Both the position numbers and the translations under genes were made by a program. Source: Leptospira sp. (GTDB taxonomy: Bacteria; Spirochaetota; Leptospiria; Leptospirales; Leptospiraceae). From it: a stretch of 64,000 bases of DNA. Below, in pieces: positions 9,512 to 20,202 of the stretch. The notes beneath the pieces are model-generated. The model searched no databases and was not told the DNA's origin. It saw nothing but the letters and a program-made list of their open reading frames with translations. The stretch is taken from the NCBI GenBank assembly GCA_034439575.1, contig JAWXAQ010000008.1:256001-320000 (forward strand), in the 5' to 3' direction. Position 1 is the first letter of the stretch. The number at the start of each line of letters is the position of its first letter.

Positions 9512-10177
9512 TTATTGATGTTTGGCGCGGTCGTACTCAAGAGCCAATATAGAACCCATGACTTTAAAACCTTGGGGAGCTTCGCCCACCATGCCTTCTC
9601 CGTGAAACAATACCTTTACGGAGTCCATCATAGCACTAATAATTTTCAAGCCTTTTCCCATGTTTTTGTGCTTTTGGTCATTGCCATTATAAGGCAAGGC
9701 GGCTGGTTTTCTGATCTGATGGTTTTTGATATTTTCAATAAAAGTAGAGAGGCAGAGAGAGGAATTTGTTTTAATCAGTTCAGGGTCTGGATCTTCGACT
9801 GGATTTTCATTTCGTAAGCCCGAACCATAGTCCAAAACATAGAGTGTGAATTTTGAGCCTTCAATTCTCCATCGGCAAATGATCGTTTCATCACTGCAAC
9901 TACAAACATTGGCGGCAACTGAGTTCGTTAAGGCTTCATCTGCGGCCAGCTCAATTTGCATAATGTTCGCAACAGGGAAAAAATTTTCAGTTAAAGTACG
10001 TCGGAGCTCTTGACGGAACACTTTCACCGAAGCCATGTCAGGTGGAAGGAACATAGCGTAAGAACCTGGTGAAGGGCTTAATACGAACTGATTTGTTTCG
10101 CTCGCTACTCCCACTATGATTACCGAATTCCCACCATTTATTGCATAGTATACGAAAAAAACTCCAAAACAAAACAC
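9512..10177 (-). CDS. RsbW/SpoIIAB-like anti-sigma factor / Ser kinase (HATPase_c_2); true start probably downstream of 10177
   Basis: IELAADEALTNSV (N-box), VLDYGSG (G1) and GKGLKII..MMDSV (G2). Confidence 0.8.
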   Translation of the reverse strand: MFCFGVFFVYYAINGGNSVIIVGVASETNQFVLSPSPGSYAMFLPPDMASVKVFRQELRRTLTENFFPVANIMQIELAADEALTNSVAANVCSCSDETIICRWRIEGSKFTLYVLDYGSGLRNENPVEDPDPELIKTNSSLCLSTFIENIKNHQIRKPAALPYNGNDQKHKNMGKGLKIISAMMDSVKVLFHGEGMVGEAPQGFKVMGSILALEYDRAKHQ

Positions 10178-10226
10178 AAAAAAGCTGAATCTTCCTTTGA
10201 ATGGGCCAAAAAACGGAAAAAAATTT

Positions 10227-11786
10227 CTAAGTTAGGGTGATTTTTGCCCGTTCCGCTAAAATTTGCATCCTTTTGATCAATTTGTCTCGGCCGAGTAAGG
10301 TGAATAAAATGGGCAATTCCAAACCATGTGATTTTCCTGTCGTAATCGAACGAATGGGCATAAACAGAGTTTTGCCTTTTTCAGCCGTTTTTTCCCCTGT
10401 TTGCGTCATTAAATTTTTATACTCATCAGGAGATTTAGCATCCGAGGATAAAATTTGTTGGAAAAATTCTTTAGCAACTGTTACACCATTGCCTGTGAGT
10501 AACAAATCTTCCGCCTCTTTATTTTCAAATGAGAGATCGTCTATAAAAAACTCTTCTATGTAAGGTGGTGCTTGGATCAATCGGTCTAAATAAACACGTA
10601 CTGAATCTAAAATAGAAAGTAAAGTCGGATGAGTCCCCGTTTTGTATTCTTCTGGGATTTTCGCATCTTTCAAAAAAGGCACCATTTCTTTGCCCAATCT
10701 TTCTATAGGTATCTCTCTGATGAGTTTGTTTGATATCCAATTGAGTTTTGATTTTGGATTTAAATATTCGGATAGACCAAGAGCATCTAACTTATTGAAG
10801 TCGACAGTTTCCTTTTCTTCCTCTTTGAGCTTTTTGAAAACATCAAAAGTGGCCGGAGATTTAGAACAACGAGCGATATCAAAAATTTTGCATAACTCTT
10901 CATCCGGCATAAATTCTTTTCCGTCTGGAGAGGTCCATCCAAGTAAAGCCATATAATTTCTAAAAGTTTCAGAAAGATAACCTAAGTCACGAAATGCGAG
11001 AACTGATGTGGCACCGGCTCTTTTCGAAAGTTTTTTTCCATCTGAACCAACAATTTCACTCGCATGAGCAAATTTTGGAATGGGAAAACCAAAAGCTTCA
11101 AAAATTAGAATTTGGCGTGGAGTATTTGATAAATGGCCTACGCCTCGTATTACGTGCGTTATTTCCATTAAGGCATCATCTATCACCACGGCATAGTTAT
11201 ATGATGGGAATCCATCAGACTTTACTAAAATAAAATCGCCAATTAGTTTTGATTCGAATTTTACTTTTCCTTGTATGATATCATCAACGATTACAATTTT
11301 ATTTGGGATTCTAAAGCGAACTGTAAAAGGCGTATTCGTAGATAAGTTTTCATTGATTTCAGTTTCATTTAAATTGGAACATTTACCATCGTAGAGATAG
11401 GGAATGCCCATAGACTCGGCTTGCTTTTTTTTCCCTTCCAATTCGTCAGTTGTACAAAAGCATCTATAAGCCTTGTTATCTTTGATCAGTTTATCTGTAT
11501 GTTCCTTATAAATATGCAATCTTTCTGACTGCGTATAAGGACCATGAGGACCACCGACTCCAGGCCCTTCATCCCATTCCATGCCCAACCATTTCAAAGA
11601 CTCTAAAATGATACGAAAGGAAGCATCAGTGGATCTATCCCTGTCTGTATCTTCCACGCGAAGTAGAAACTTTCCGCCTGTCGCTTTCGCATAAAGATAG
11701 TTAAAGAGTGCAGTCCTAGCACCGCCAACATGTAAAAAACCGGAAGGAGAAGGTGCAAATCGAGTTCGAACTTGAGTTTGTGTCAT
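10227..11786 (-). CDS. gltX: Glutamate--tRNA ligase
   Basis: [16 protein letters not shown] (HIGH motif), LRVEDTD, VIDD..M.ITHVIRG, KLSKR (KMSKS motif). Confidence 0.97.
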   Translation of the reverse strand: MTQTQVRTRFAPSPSGFLHVGGARTALFNYLYAKATGGKFLLRVEDTDRDRSTDASFRIILESLKWLGMEWDEGPGVGGPHGPYTQSERLHIYKEHTDKLIKDNKAYRCFCTTDELEGKKKQAESMGIPYLYDGKCSNLNETEINENLSTNTPFTVRFRIPNKIVIVDDIIQGKVKFESKLIGDFILVKSDGFPSYNYAVVIDDALMEITHVIRGVGHLSNTPRQILIFEAFGFPIPKFAHASEIVGSDGKKLSKRAGATSVLAFRDLGYLSETFRNYMALLGWTSPDGKEFMPDEELCKIFDIARCSKSPATFDVFKKLKEEEKETVDFNKLDALGLSEYLNPKSKLNWISNKLIREIPIERLGKEMVPFLKDAKIPEEYKTGTHPTLLSILDSVRVYLDRLIQAPPYIEEFFIDDLSFENKEAEDLLLTGNGVTVAKEFFQQILSSDAKSPDEYKNLMTQTGEKTAEKGKTLFMPIRSITTGKSHGLELPILFTLLGRDKLIKRMQILAERAKITLT

Positions 11787-12655
11787 GGTGTAACCTCATG
11801 TAGTAAATAGTTTCCAAAACGTTTGAAGCCTATCGGCTCTTTGGGTTTTGAATCCATATCATTTGTAAGCGGTGGTAAAAAAAATAATTCTAAAACTTCA
11901 TCGGAAAAAATGGTCTTATAGAATAATTGCTTTGGTTCAATTTGAATCACCTGCAATTGTAATTGCAAATAATCATAGTGAGGTGAAATAAATTTGATAG
12001 GTTTGTCTTTTGATTTAGTGAATACAAATGCTGACCTAGAAGGTGTAGACTCAGAAGTAGAAATTTCATTTTTCCATTCATACTTTAATGAGTCTTGTAC
12101 TGTGATAGATTCCGATACTTGGTATGCTATCTCATCGTTAATGAAAAAATTCGCCGATTCTTGTATTTTTGTGGTTAAACCATTTTCCTTTTTGAGAAGC
12201 ATCGCTAATTCATTTAGGGAATCAGCCTTTGTTTCACCTAAGGTTAACGAGGTGTAGTTGGCAATGAAATCTTTTTTGTTATCAGCCAATACATAAGTAC
12301 CTTGTTTTTTTCGCCAAAGAATTTTATATAATTTAGTGTCCGCATTTGGATATTCAGTTTTTACAGAATTCACAAATTCCTTTTCAAAAACGAGAAATGT
12401 TAGCTCCCAATCTATGACCTTTCTGTCTTCAGATAACAAATTTCTCTCAATAAATCGGTAATAAGAAGAGCCTTCAGCGTAGAATTTTGAATTCAATTTT
12501 TTAGGGTATTTGTTGTATAGAATTGCGGTCTTTCCAGAGACATTTTCCCCTTTGCGAAGTAGGGATTTGGTATAGGAACATCCCAAAAGTAAAAAAAATG
12601 TAAGTGTGAAGATTAGCCAATAGATTCGGGGGGAAAATGGCACTTTTGGGGACAT
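11783..12655 (-). CDS. Hypothetical lipoprotein
   Basis: 290 aa ORF, hydrophobic N-terminus ending in LLGC; overlaps the gltX start by 4 nt. Confidence 0.7.
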   Translation of the reverse strand: MSPKVPFSPRIYWLIFTLTFFLLLGCSYTKSLLRKGENVSGKTAILYNKYPKKLNSKFYAEGSSYYRFIERNLLSEDRKVIDWELTFLVFEKEFVNSVKTEYPNADTKLYKILWRKKQGTYVLADNKKDFIANYTSLTLGETKADSLNELAMLLKKENGLTTKIQESANFFINDEIAYQVSESITVQDSLKYEWKNEISTSESTPSRSAFVFTKSKDKPIKFISPHYDYLQLQLQVIQIEPKQLFYKTIFSDEVLELFFLPPLTNDMDSKPKEPIGFKRFGNYLLHEVTP

Positions 12656-12735
12656 AGATAAGACCGTACTGTCAATCTAAAAAGGGAAAACGGATTGACA
12701 AGTCAATTCACCCGTTCTCTGTGTCAATTGGCATC

Positions 12736-14106
12736 ATGAAGAACGAAGATCAATATCCACGACGTCCCTTTGAAGATCAGGTCCACGACGACCAAAGAAA
12801 ATACTCACGCTATGTATGCGATTCGCGCGCTATACCTCATGAAATTGATGGACTAAAGCCTGTTCAACGACGAATTTTATGGGCAATGTGGAACTCTGAT
12901 GCCAGAAATCGACACACAAAAACTGTGAAAGTCGCAGGTCTTGCCATGGGGTATCATCCACACGGTGACAAATCCATTCAAGATGCACTTTCACAAATGG
13001 CACAAGACTTTGCTTTTGCCAATAACTACCCACTAGTACATGGGGAAGGTACTTTCGGGGATGTTCTTGATCCAAATGCGATTGCATCACCTCGTTATAC
13101 TGAAGTTAAATTATCTGATTTTGCTAAAGATTTGGGGTTTTTTGAGAGTTTGCCTGACATTGATTATGTGAAAAACTACGATGAGACTGAAGATGAACCT
13201 ATACATTTCGTAGGTAAAGTTCCTGTTGTTCTTCTTAATAGCATTCAAGGTATTGCCACAGGTTTTAGATGTTTTATTCCAGGACATAAATTATCTGAAG
13301 TTATTGATTCACAAGTAGCATATTTAAAAACCACCAAACCTAAAAAAGTGACTCCGTGGTACAAGGGTTATGGTGGCGAAGTAAAAATGTCAAAAAATGA
13401 CAATGGCTCTACTGTCATGTCTACGACATTTGCTTTTAGAAAAGAAGATGGTAAATTATTTCTATCCGATGCTCCTATGAATTGGAACCGAGAGAAAGTG
13501 ATTCTCTATTTGGATGATTTGATAGAGCGAAAGGACAATTGGTTAAAGGATTATGTAGATCATTCTAGCCAAACATTCAAAATTGAACTAATTGCACGGA
13601 AAGGTGATATACCTTCCGAAAAAGAGATTAAAGAATTATTTTCTAAAGAAAATAACGAAGTTCTAACAATCAATGTCATCACTCATGAAGGAAAATTAAA
13701 AAATCACACACCAGAAGAAATCATCAAACACTTCTGTGATTTTAGAAAGATCCACTTGATTCGTAGGTTCAAACGCCTCGCAGGTTTAGAAAAAGAAAAA
13801 ATCGATAGAAATTCAGAGCTCATTCGGTTTATCAAAGAACGTTGGAATGAAAAAGTAACAGGTATTAAATCAAAGAAAGAGTTTGAAGATAAACTAAAAG
13901 CAGCAAAATTTATCTACTTTGAATGGTTATCTTCGATTCCTGTGTATCGCATGACTTTGGAAGAAGTTCGTAAATGCGAAGAGGCTATCGTCGAAGCAAA
14001 AACAAAATACACAGAATACACAGCTCTTCAAAAAGATGATAAAAAATTAACAGGTTTTATGATCGATGAACTCGATGAACTTAAAACCAAATGGGATCCT
14101 AAATAA
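12736..14106 (+). CDS. parC: Type IIA topoisomerase subunit A (ParC/GyrA-type, no C-terminal pinwheel)
   Basis: [22 protein letters not shown] and ASPRYT (catalytic Tyr); only about 456 aa. The ParC label is inferred from the absence of the GyrA CTD/GyrA-box. Confidence 0.85.
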   Translation: MKNEDQYPRRPFEDQVHDDQRKYSRYVCDSRAIPHEIDGLKPVQRRILWAMWNSDARNRHTKTVKVAGLAMGYHPHGDKSIQDALSQMAQDFAFANNYPLVHGEGTFGDVLDPNAIASPRYTEVKLSDFAKDLGFFESLPDIDYVKNYDETEDEPIHFVGKVPVVLLNSIQGIATGFRCFIPGHKLSEVIDSQVAYLKTTKPKKVTPWYKGYGGEVKMSKNDNGSTVMSTTFAFRKEDGKLFLSDAPMNWNREKVILYLDDLIERKDNWLKDYVDHSSQTFKIELIARKGDIPSEKEIKELFSKENNEVLTINVITHEGKLKNHTPEEIIKHFCDFRKIHLIRRFKRLAGLEKEKIDRNSELIRFIKERWNEKVTGIKSKKEFEDKLKAAKFIYFEWLSSIPVYRMTLEEVRKCEEAIVEAKTKYTEYTALQKDDKKLTGFMIDELDELKTKWDPK

Positions 14107-14108
14107 TT

Positions 14109-16241
14109 ATGGCAGCAGCGAAACCAGAAAAAGCAAATTCAGCTAATTCGCGTAATTTTAAAAAACTCTCAAATGTGGAACATGTTCGCATGCGGACAGG
14201 GATGTGGCTTGGTCAAAATTCCCTTTCGACATTTGAGCAACATTTTTTTAAAAAAGATAGTTCTGGATACTATGATATTTCTCACGAAGAGTTAGCAGAT
14301 ATTCCCGCAAAAATCAAATGCCTTGATGAAGCATGTATGAACTGCGTAGATGAATACCGCAAAAATCTAAACGATAAAAATATTCCTGAAAAAGATAAGA
14401 TGAATAAACTTATCATCCAACTTTCATCGGATCGCAAACGAGTTACGATTGAAGATAATGGTCGAGGGATTCCGGCTGACAATGCAGAGGGAGTGTATCT
14501 GCATTTGATGTATGGTGAAAATTTTGATGATAAAGTCAAAGAAGACCATGTTGCAGGACAAAACGGAGTTGGTATTTCTCTGGTTCGCATGGTATCTTCA
14601 TTTTTCAAAGTCAGAACAATTAACGGCGGCAAGGCGTACAAAAAAACTTTTACCATTCATGATGAAGTGAAAAAAGTAATCCGAGGTTTTAAATTATCAA
14701 AAGATGATACCGAACGTGTCTTTTTATACTTTGATGAACATGGCCATTTTACCGATTGCCCATCTCTTACTCCTGAACAAATCAAACAACTAAAAGCCCC
14801 TTCCGAAAAAACAGGAATGACCGCTGTTGTAGAAAATGCCAAAAAAGAAGACCATGGAACGACGGTAGAATTTGAATTAAATCCAGCCTACTTTAATAAT
14901 TTGGACACTTCATTTAATATCAATTTGGTGAAGCAATACTTACAAGACATAGCTATGTCAAATCCCGGTTTAGAAGTTGTATTCATTCATAAATCTGGAA
15001 AAGAAAAGTATAAATTTAAAAAAGGTTTTGATGAGATTTTTAGTAATTCTGAGATGATTTACTATAAATTAGATTATACGGATAAAACTTCGGCTTCACA
15101 GATTAATATGGATACATATGTGGTTGTGGGTCAAAACAAAACATTAACTTGGGTTAACTCTATTTTTTGTCCGCAAGGCGGATCTGCCATTGAATATTTG
15201 GAAAACAGATTGTGCGACGAGATTAGAAAAAAATCTCAAATAGTATCTTTAGAAAAAAAGCTCAATACGCAATGTACAAGAAACGATGTCAGAAGTTGTT
15301 TTCATATGTATGTGAACCTTCGCATTCTAAATCCTCGTTTTAAATCCCAAGACAAGTCTTATCTCATTAACGATCTGAACGAAGACATCCGTAAGGCTGT
15401 AGACAAACATCTCGACAAATTATTGAAAAAAACGGGGCTGATCGAAGAAATCAAAATGGTGATGGAGCGTAGAACTCAGCTAAAACAGCTCGAGGACGCG
15501 CAGAAAGGCCTCCGTAAGGCATCTCGGAACAACATTCCTAAGCTTATGCCTCCGACAGGAAAACCAAACGATGATGGACGGATTTTATTTGTGGCGGAAG
15601 GGGACTCGGCGATTGCAGGACTAAGACCAGCACGAAACCCAAAACTGCACGGTTTATTTCCTCTTCGGGGCAAGCCCTTGAATTGTAAGGGAATGTCACT
15701 TGCGAAAGCTATGCAGAACGAAGAAATGAAAAACATCGTAGCGATCGTAGGTTTACCACTTGATACGAAGGTAAAATCTGTAGATGAACTCAATTATGAT
15801 AAATTAAGTATTATCACGGATGCCGATTTTGACGGTTATGCGATCAGATCACTGATGTTATCTTTTTTCTATGAGTATTGGCCAGAACTTTATGATTTAG
15901 GTTTTATCGCTGTATCCGCGGCTCCACTTTTTGAAGTAGATGTTAAGTGGAAAGATGGCAAAAAAGAAACCGTATTTTGTATCGATGATTCCGACTATGA
16001 TAAGTTAGTTGCAAAGGTCGCCAAATCAGGCTCTGAGATTACACGTAAAAAACGGAATAAAGGTCTCGGCGAAACCGGCAAAGAAGCTATGAAGTACGCA
16101 GTAGATCATTGTATGACAGTTATTACCATCGCCAATAAAAAAAGTGCCAAAAATATCCAAGAACTTTGGTTTCACAAAGATTATGCGGAGAAGAGAAGAG
16201 AAGCTATCTCTGAGTATGCGATGAGTGTGATCCAAGATTAA
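14109..16241 (+). CDS. parE: Type IIA topoisomerase subunit B (GHKL ATPase + TOPRIM)
   Basis: [13 protein letters not shown]...[46 protein letters not shown]. Confidence 0.88.
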   Translation: MAAAKPEKANSANSRNFKKLSNVEHVRMRTGMWLGQNSLSTFEQHFFKKDSSGYYDISHEELADIPAKIKCLDEACMNCVDEYRKNLNDKNIPEKDKMNKLIIQLSSDRKRVTIEDNGRGIPADNAEGVYLHLMYGENFDDKVKEDHVAGQNGVGISLVRMVSSFFKVRTINGGKAYKKTFTIHDEVKKVIRGFKLSKDDTERVFLYFDEHGHFTDCPSLTPEQIKQLKAPSEKTGMTAVVENAKKEDHGTTVEFELNPAYFNNLDTSFNINLVKQYLQDIAMSNPGLEVVFIHKSGKEKYKFKKGFDEIFSNSEMIYYKLDYTDKTSASQINMDTYVVVGQNKTLTWVNSIFCPQGGSAIEYLENRLCDEIRKKSQIVSLEKKLNTQCTRNDVRSCFHMYVNLRILNPRFKSQDKSYLINDLNEDIRKAVDKHLDKLLKKTGLIEEIKMVMERRTQLKQLEDAQKGLRKASRNNIPKLMPPTGKPNDDGRILFVAEGDSAIAGLRPARNPKLHGLFPLRGKPLNCKGMSLAKAMQNEEMKNIVAIVGLPLDTKVKSVDELNYDKLSIITDADFDGYAIRSLMLSFFYEYWPELYDLGFIAVSAAPLFEVDVKWKDGKKETVFCIDDSDYDKLVAKVAKSGSEITRKKRNKGLGETGKEAMKYAVDHCMTVITIANKKSAKNIQELWFHKDYAEKRREAISEYAMSVIQD

Positions 16242-16353
16242 TCAGATTCATTTCGAATGTTAGACTGGATTTTTTTAAACTACAGCACCTTTCCATCAAA
16301 TCTTTAAATGATTAATTCAATGATGGGAAGAAATCCTAAGTTTTCACCAGAAA

Positions 16354-16389
16354 AAAAAGGGATCCTTGGTTTAACTAGAATCCCTTTTT
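16354..16389. terminator. Bidirectional rho-independent terminator between convergent genes
   Basis: AAAAAGGGAT...ATCCCTTTTT hairpin with A and T tracts on either side. Confidence 0.65.
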
Positions 16390-16425
16390 AAATAATTGAG
16401 TTAGCTTATGGAAAGTTAATTCGAA

Positions 16426-16734
16426 TTATTCCCCGTAAACAATCGTACAAGTACGGTGAAAGAACCAAAAATAAGATTCAATCTCGTAGTCTACCACGGA
16501 TATTTTTTTAATTCCACCTTTCTCAGCGACATGCCCTACACCAGCATCACCGATCTCATAGAGATAAAAAAATCCAGTACGACAGCCTTTTTCTTTCTTA
16601 GTTCCTATATCGTTTGAAGTTACCCAACTGTTCCCATTTGCCTTAACAATAATAGCTGGCGTAACCATAGTCGTACAATTAAAAACTGAAAAAGTCAAAG
16701 CCGCTAAGATAACAAGCTTTAAAATATTTTTCAT
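16426..16734 (-). CDS. TRL-like family lipoprotein
   Basis: Lipobox VFNC; K..GC.....L..IGDAGV...A..GGIKKISVVDYE......F...CTIVYGE. Confidence 0.85.
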   Translation of the reverse strand: MKNILKLVILAALTFSVFNCTTMVTPAIIVKANGNSWVTSNDIGTKKEKGCRTGFFYLYEIGDAGVGHVAEKGGIKKISVVDYEIESYFWFFHRTCTIVYGE

Positions 16735-16738
16735 ATTT

Positions 16739-17107
16739 TTAATCTCCTGAAGCTATGATGCAATCTTTTGAAAATAATGGAATGTACGCAGTAAAAGGAG
16801 TTTGTAAAATCCTCATCCTTTCATAAGAAACATGCTTTACTTTTGTCATAGCTCCAGACCTCATTGCCGTTGGTAAAGAGGCATCGCCCCAAGCAAAAAG
16901 ATATAGTGCTTGAGATTGGCAAGCCTCTCCTTTTTTGCCACCTAAGTCTGGAGTAATATCCTCGGACCTAACTGTACTCGTATAAATTGCCCCTGCATTA
17001 TCGTACCCATGAATCCCTTTTGTTGGTTCCAAAGAATTCAATAAGGTACCGCAATTAACAAACTGACTTAGTGTAAAACAAATCATCAAAATTTTTACTA
17101 TTTTCAT
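16739..17107 (-). CDS. TRL-like family lipoprotein
   Basis: Lipobox FVNC; KKGEACQ...LYLFAWGDASL..AM..G..TKV..VSYE...C...SG. ATG at 17107 is preceded by AGGGGT. Confidence 0.85.
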   Translation of the reverse strand: MKIVKILMICFTLSQFVNCGTLLNSLEPTKGIHGYDNAGAIYTSTVRSEDITPDLGGKKGEACQSQALYLFAWGDASLPTAMRSGAMTKVKHVSYERMRILQTPFTAYIPLFSKDCIIASGD

Positions 17108-17244
17108 TTTAACCCCTGTGTGACGAACGATTAGGTGTTTGTTTAAAAAGTAAAACATTTTTTCATATTATAATATATTGTATAATTCTGTAAGGCGGTG
17201 ACCGACATTCGTTTTTGGAGAAGGTAAATCTATCGAACCATTTC

Positions 17245-17560
17245 TGCCCACCATAGGATCTGTAATGCGAATGCCCAGGTAGTAGTGGTAAACTTGGTAA
17301 TGATTTATAGAATTCTATATATATATATAAATTTCAAAGATAATTCCAAATTCAGGATTAACCATGAGACTAATTGGAGATGGTAATCTTTGCAAGTTAT
17401 ATACACTTACAGCTATTTTACGGTGGAAGCCGAGTTCTCTCCCGAGTTCATTTTCATTCAATTCTTTGGCAGATTTAGGAGCCAGAAATTGTAATAATCT
17501 GCTAAAATCTTCGTAAGATTGTAAATCCTCGCCAAAATATTTGGATGATGGAGAATATAT
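17245..17560 (-). pseudogene. Degraded fragment of an AAA_14/DUF4143 ATPase gene
   Basis: Manual translation: YFGEDLQSYEDFSRLLQFLAPKSAKELNENELGRELGFHRK...NPEFGIIFEIYIY, then a frameshift at (TA)7, then IEFYKSL...HSHYRSYGG. These segments parallel the intact paralog at 23803-24972. There is no Walker A region. Confidence 0.6.
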
Positions 17561-17628
17561 TTATTTTTGGCTCAGAATATTCTCTTCCAAATTTTGACTC
17601 TTAAATATAAAGTCAAATATCAGATTTT

Positions 17629-18951
17629 CTATGGAAAATTTTTCTTATTTCTGTAATGTGCGATATAGGTAACACCTATCAATGCACCTACGGGAACTGC
17701 AAAATAAATATGCACTTGGATTAGACCCGCGATCATACCGAGTATCCCACCTAAAAACTGTATAACGACAAGATTCCCGCCAGTATTGTCTAAAATCATT
17801 TTTTCAAGTTCGTCAGTGTCAAGTTCCATAACTCGCTCTTCTACAAGGGCTGTAACATTGATTTTGTGGACAAATTTTTCAATGTTCTTTTTCAGATAAA
17901 CTTTTCCTTCTTCACTATTCATAAATTCAAGCACTCTTCTAATAACCCAATCCATCGCTCGTAAGAAATTTTTATCAATTTCTTCCCAGTTGTTTGGATC
18001 ATCTAGATACTGCTGTAATCTTTCTATCCCTGTCGGTAAAAGGTTTTGTCTCGCGTAATCACCGCTAGCTGATAACCAATCTGAAATTTTTGCAGTAATA
18101 AAATCTTGTGTTTCTTTTGAATTCAGACGTTCTTGCAATCTTCCCATTGCTTCATCCATCAATCCCATAAATTGGCCAGAAGTTTCTGGATCTTGAATGA
18201 ATCTTTCTAATAATTCGCGAATTGCTTCATCGTTAAAGGAAAAAATCTTTTTCACACCAATTCCAATTTTGCCTAATGTGTTGCGGCTTCTAAGATATTC
18301 TTCCAAACCTTCGTTTAACATGTTCGCCAACTTCGGCATTTCTTCTAAAAGAAGAACGCGCAATTGATTTCCAATTTCTTCGCGGTTTGTTTGTTCGGTG
18401 AGGTATTCCATAACTTTAGTGCGAGTATAGATCCAAAGTTTTTGGACTTCTTCAGGTCTTTGTGCCATCTTTTTTATGGTTTCTTCTGAAAAGTCAAAGA
18501 TAACTTCTAATATTTCCGGACCACGTTCTTTTAGTAAGGTGACGATCTTTGTGACTAAAATTTCTCGTATATCATCATTATGTAAGGCTTCATCAATCTC
18601 TTTGGCAATTTTTTGAAGGCCTGATTCTACGAGATTTCGTTCATAAATATATGCGAGAATAATGTCTGGATGTAAAAGGTTTGTCTGAATACTTTCACCT
18701 AAAGACTTTGCAATTTTTGGTTTGTTTTTGGGAACAAGTCCAGACCAACCGAGTACTTTGCCGTGTTTTGGCTGAAATAACATTTTGATCGCAAGAAAAT
18801 TTGTAAAATATCCGACCACTCCTGCCATAAGAATCACAAAACAGGCATTAACCCAAATGTTCCCTTCCCAATAAATTTGGGCGATACCAGCAATTACAGA
18901 AAATATAACAAGAAGTTTGCGGTACCAGGAATCTAATTTAGCTACATCCAT
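17629..18951 (-). CDS. DUF445 family membrane-anchored protein
   Basis: AGVVGYFTNFLAIKMLFQP..G...W.GLVPK.K.KIA N-terminal motif and C-terminal L..IQFLGGILG.IAGLIQ. Likely start is ATG 18951, just after the SDR stop; the ORF track extension overlaps the SDR gene. Confidence 0.85.
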   Translation of the reverse strand: MDVAKLDSWYRKLLVIFSVIAGIAQIYWEGNIWVNACFVILMAGVVGYFTNFLAIKMLFQPKHGKVLGWSGLVPKNKPKIAKSLGESIQTNLLHPDIILAYIYERNLVESGLQKIAKEIDEALHNDDIREILVTKIVTLLKERGPEILEVIFDFSEETIKKMAQRPEEVQKLWIYTRTKVMEYLTEQTNREEIGNQLRVLLLEEMPKLANMLNEGLEEYLRSRNTLGKIGIGVKKIFSFNDEAIRELLERFIQDPETSGQFMGLMDEAMGRLQERLNSKETQDFITAKISDWLSASGDYARQNLLPTGIERLQQYLDDPNNWEEIDKNFLRAMDWVIRRVLEFMNSEEGKVYLKKNIEKFVHKINVTALVEERVMELDTDELEKMILDNTGGNLVVIQFLGGILGMIAGLIQVHIYFAVPVGALIGVTYIAHYRNKKNFP

Positions 18952-18952
18952 T

Positions 18953-19726
18953 TTATTTTCCGTCTGTATCCATAAACTTGCCTGCACCTTTTCGAATCCA
19001 AGACCTTGGCAATAATCCAGCAAGGCCCACAACACCTTGATTAACTGCCCCCGTAATGCAAACGGCTTGGTTATAACGTAAGCCACGTAGTGATTCAGAA
19101 ACAACTTCGGCGGCGGTTTGCCACATAAATCCTGGGTATTTTGATTTTTCTATCCCTGCACGTTGGTGAAAGTCGGAATGGGTAAGACCTGGGCATAATG
19201 CCTGTACGTTGATTCCATACGGCAATGCCTCTTCGTGAATGGCTTCCGTAAATGATTTTACATAAGCTTTAGTCGCCGCATAAGTCGCGCTACCTGGTGC
19301 GGGTAAAAACCCAGCAATCGATGCTACATTTATGATAAATCCTCTTTTTCTTTTTTTGAATTCACGAAGTGCTGTGTGGGAAAGTGTGACAAGTGCTTTT
19401 ACATTCAAATTTATCTGATCTAATTCTTTTTCCAGATCAAGATTTGCGAATTCACCCACTGTACCAAATCCAGCATTGTTTACGAGGAGTTCAAAATCTT
19501 TATCTTTTGAAATTATCTCGGATAATTCTTCTTGAGATTTCTTTTTAGATAAATCAAAGGATATTGCTTTTAATATGCCTCTTGAAGTTGGTTCAAATTC
19601 TGCAATCACCTTATTCAAATCAGATAACGAACGTGAGACGAGAAACACGTTGTAGTCTTTGCATAATGCACGTACAAATTCTTTTCCAATACCTTGTGAA
19701 GCTCCAGTGACGTAAGCATTTTTCAT
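18953..19726 (-). CDS. Short-chain dehydrogenase/reductase (DltE-like)
   Basis: TGASQGIG, LVNNAGFG, YAATK, LCPG.T.SDF. Confidence 0.93.
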   Translation of the reverse strand: MKNAYVTGASQGIGKEFVRALCKDYNVFLVSRSLSDLNKVIAEFEPTSRGILKAISFDLSKKKSQEELSEIISKDKDFELLVNNAGFGTVGEFANLDLEKELDQINLNVKALVTLSHTALREFKKRKRGFIINVASIAGFLPAPGSATYAATKAYVKSFTEAIHEEALPYGINVQALCPGLTHSDFHQRAGIEKSKYPGFMWQTAAEVVSESLRGLRYNQAVCITGAVNQGVVGLAGLLPRSWIRKGAGKFMDTDGK

Positions 19727-20151
19727 GTTTGTGGTTTCCTTATCATTATGATCGCTGTTGATTTGTCGGGATAATAATTCTTGCGGGTTTCCAAAACGGT
19801 AAAACCCATTTTTTTATACAATTGAATTGCACTTTCATTAGATTCTTTTACTTCCAAAAAAAAATCTTTTTTAGGAAATGTTTCAAATAAATTTGTGAAT
19901 AAGAATTGGCCAACACCTTGCCTTTGATAGGTGGGAGCAGTGGCAATTCGAAAAATTTCAACTTCCCATGGTGTTTCACAAATCAAGGCATAACCTTTCA
20001 AATCATTGTCTCTCCAAAAATATGCCGCATGAAATTCAAGATGCGTTCGTAGCATTTTTTCTGTCCAAGTTTCAGAAGGAAAACAGATTGATTCTAGCTG
20101 AATCAGTTCAGGTAAATCCGTTTCTGAAATTAACTGAAAATTAGGAGACAT
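19723..20151 (-). CDS. RimI-like GNAT acetyltransferase
   Basis: LE..CFP..W, IAT.P.YQRQGVG, FLEVKESN..AI.LY.K.GF....RKNYY. Confidence 0.88.
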   Translation of the reverse strand: MSPNFQLISETDLPELIQLESICFPSETWTEKMLRTHLEFHAAYFWRDNDLKGYALICETPWEVEIFRIATAPTYQRQGVGQFLFTNLFETFPKKDFFLEVKESNESAIQLYKKMGFTVLETRKNYYPDKSTAIIMIRKPQT

Positions 20152-20202
20152 AATCTCATTTTTTTCTAGCCAGGCAAAAGAAAGAAACTAAATTCGAACA
20201 TT

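Noticed and set aside
12736-16241. Prophage interpretation of the T4-like topoisomerase genes
   Set aside because: No integrase, structural or other phage genes flank it; the neighbours are housekeeping genes.
17316-17329. (TA)7 tract as a phase-variation switch
   Set aside because: It lies within an already truncated pseudogene, so a length change would not restore a full gene.
18952-19104. N-terminal 51-aa extension of the DUF445 ORF
   Set aside because: It overlaps the SDR gene in another frame; ATG 18951 directly after the SDR stop is the more plausible start.
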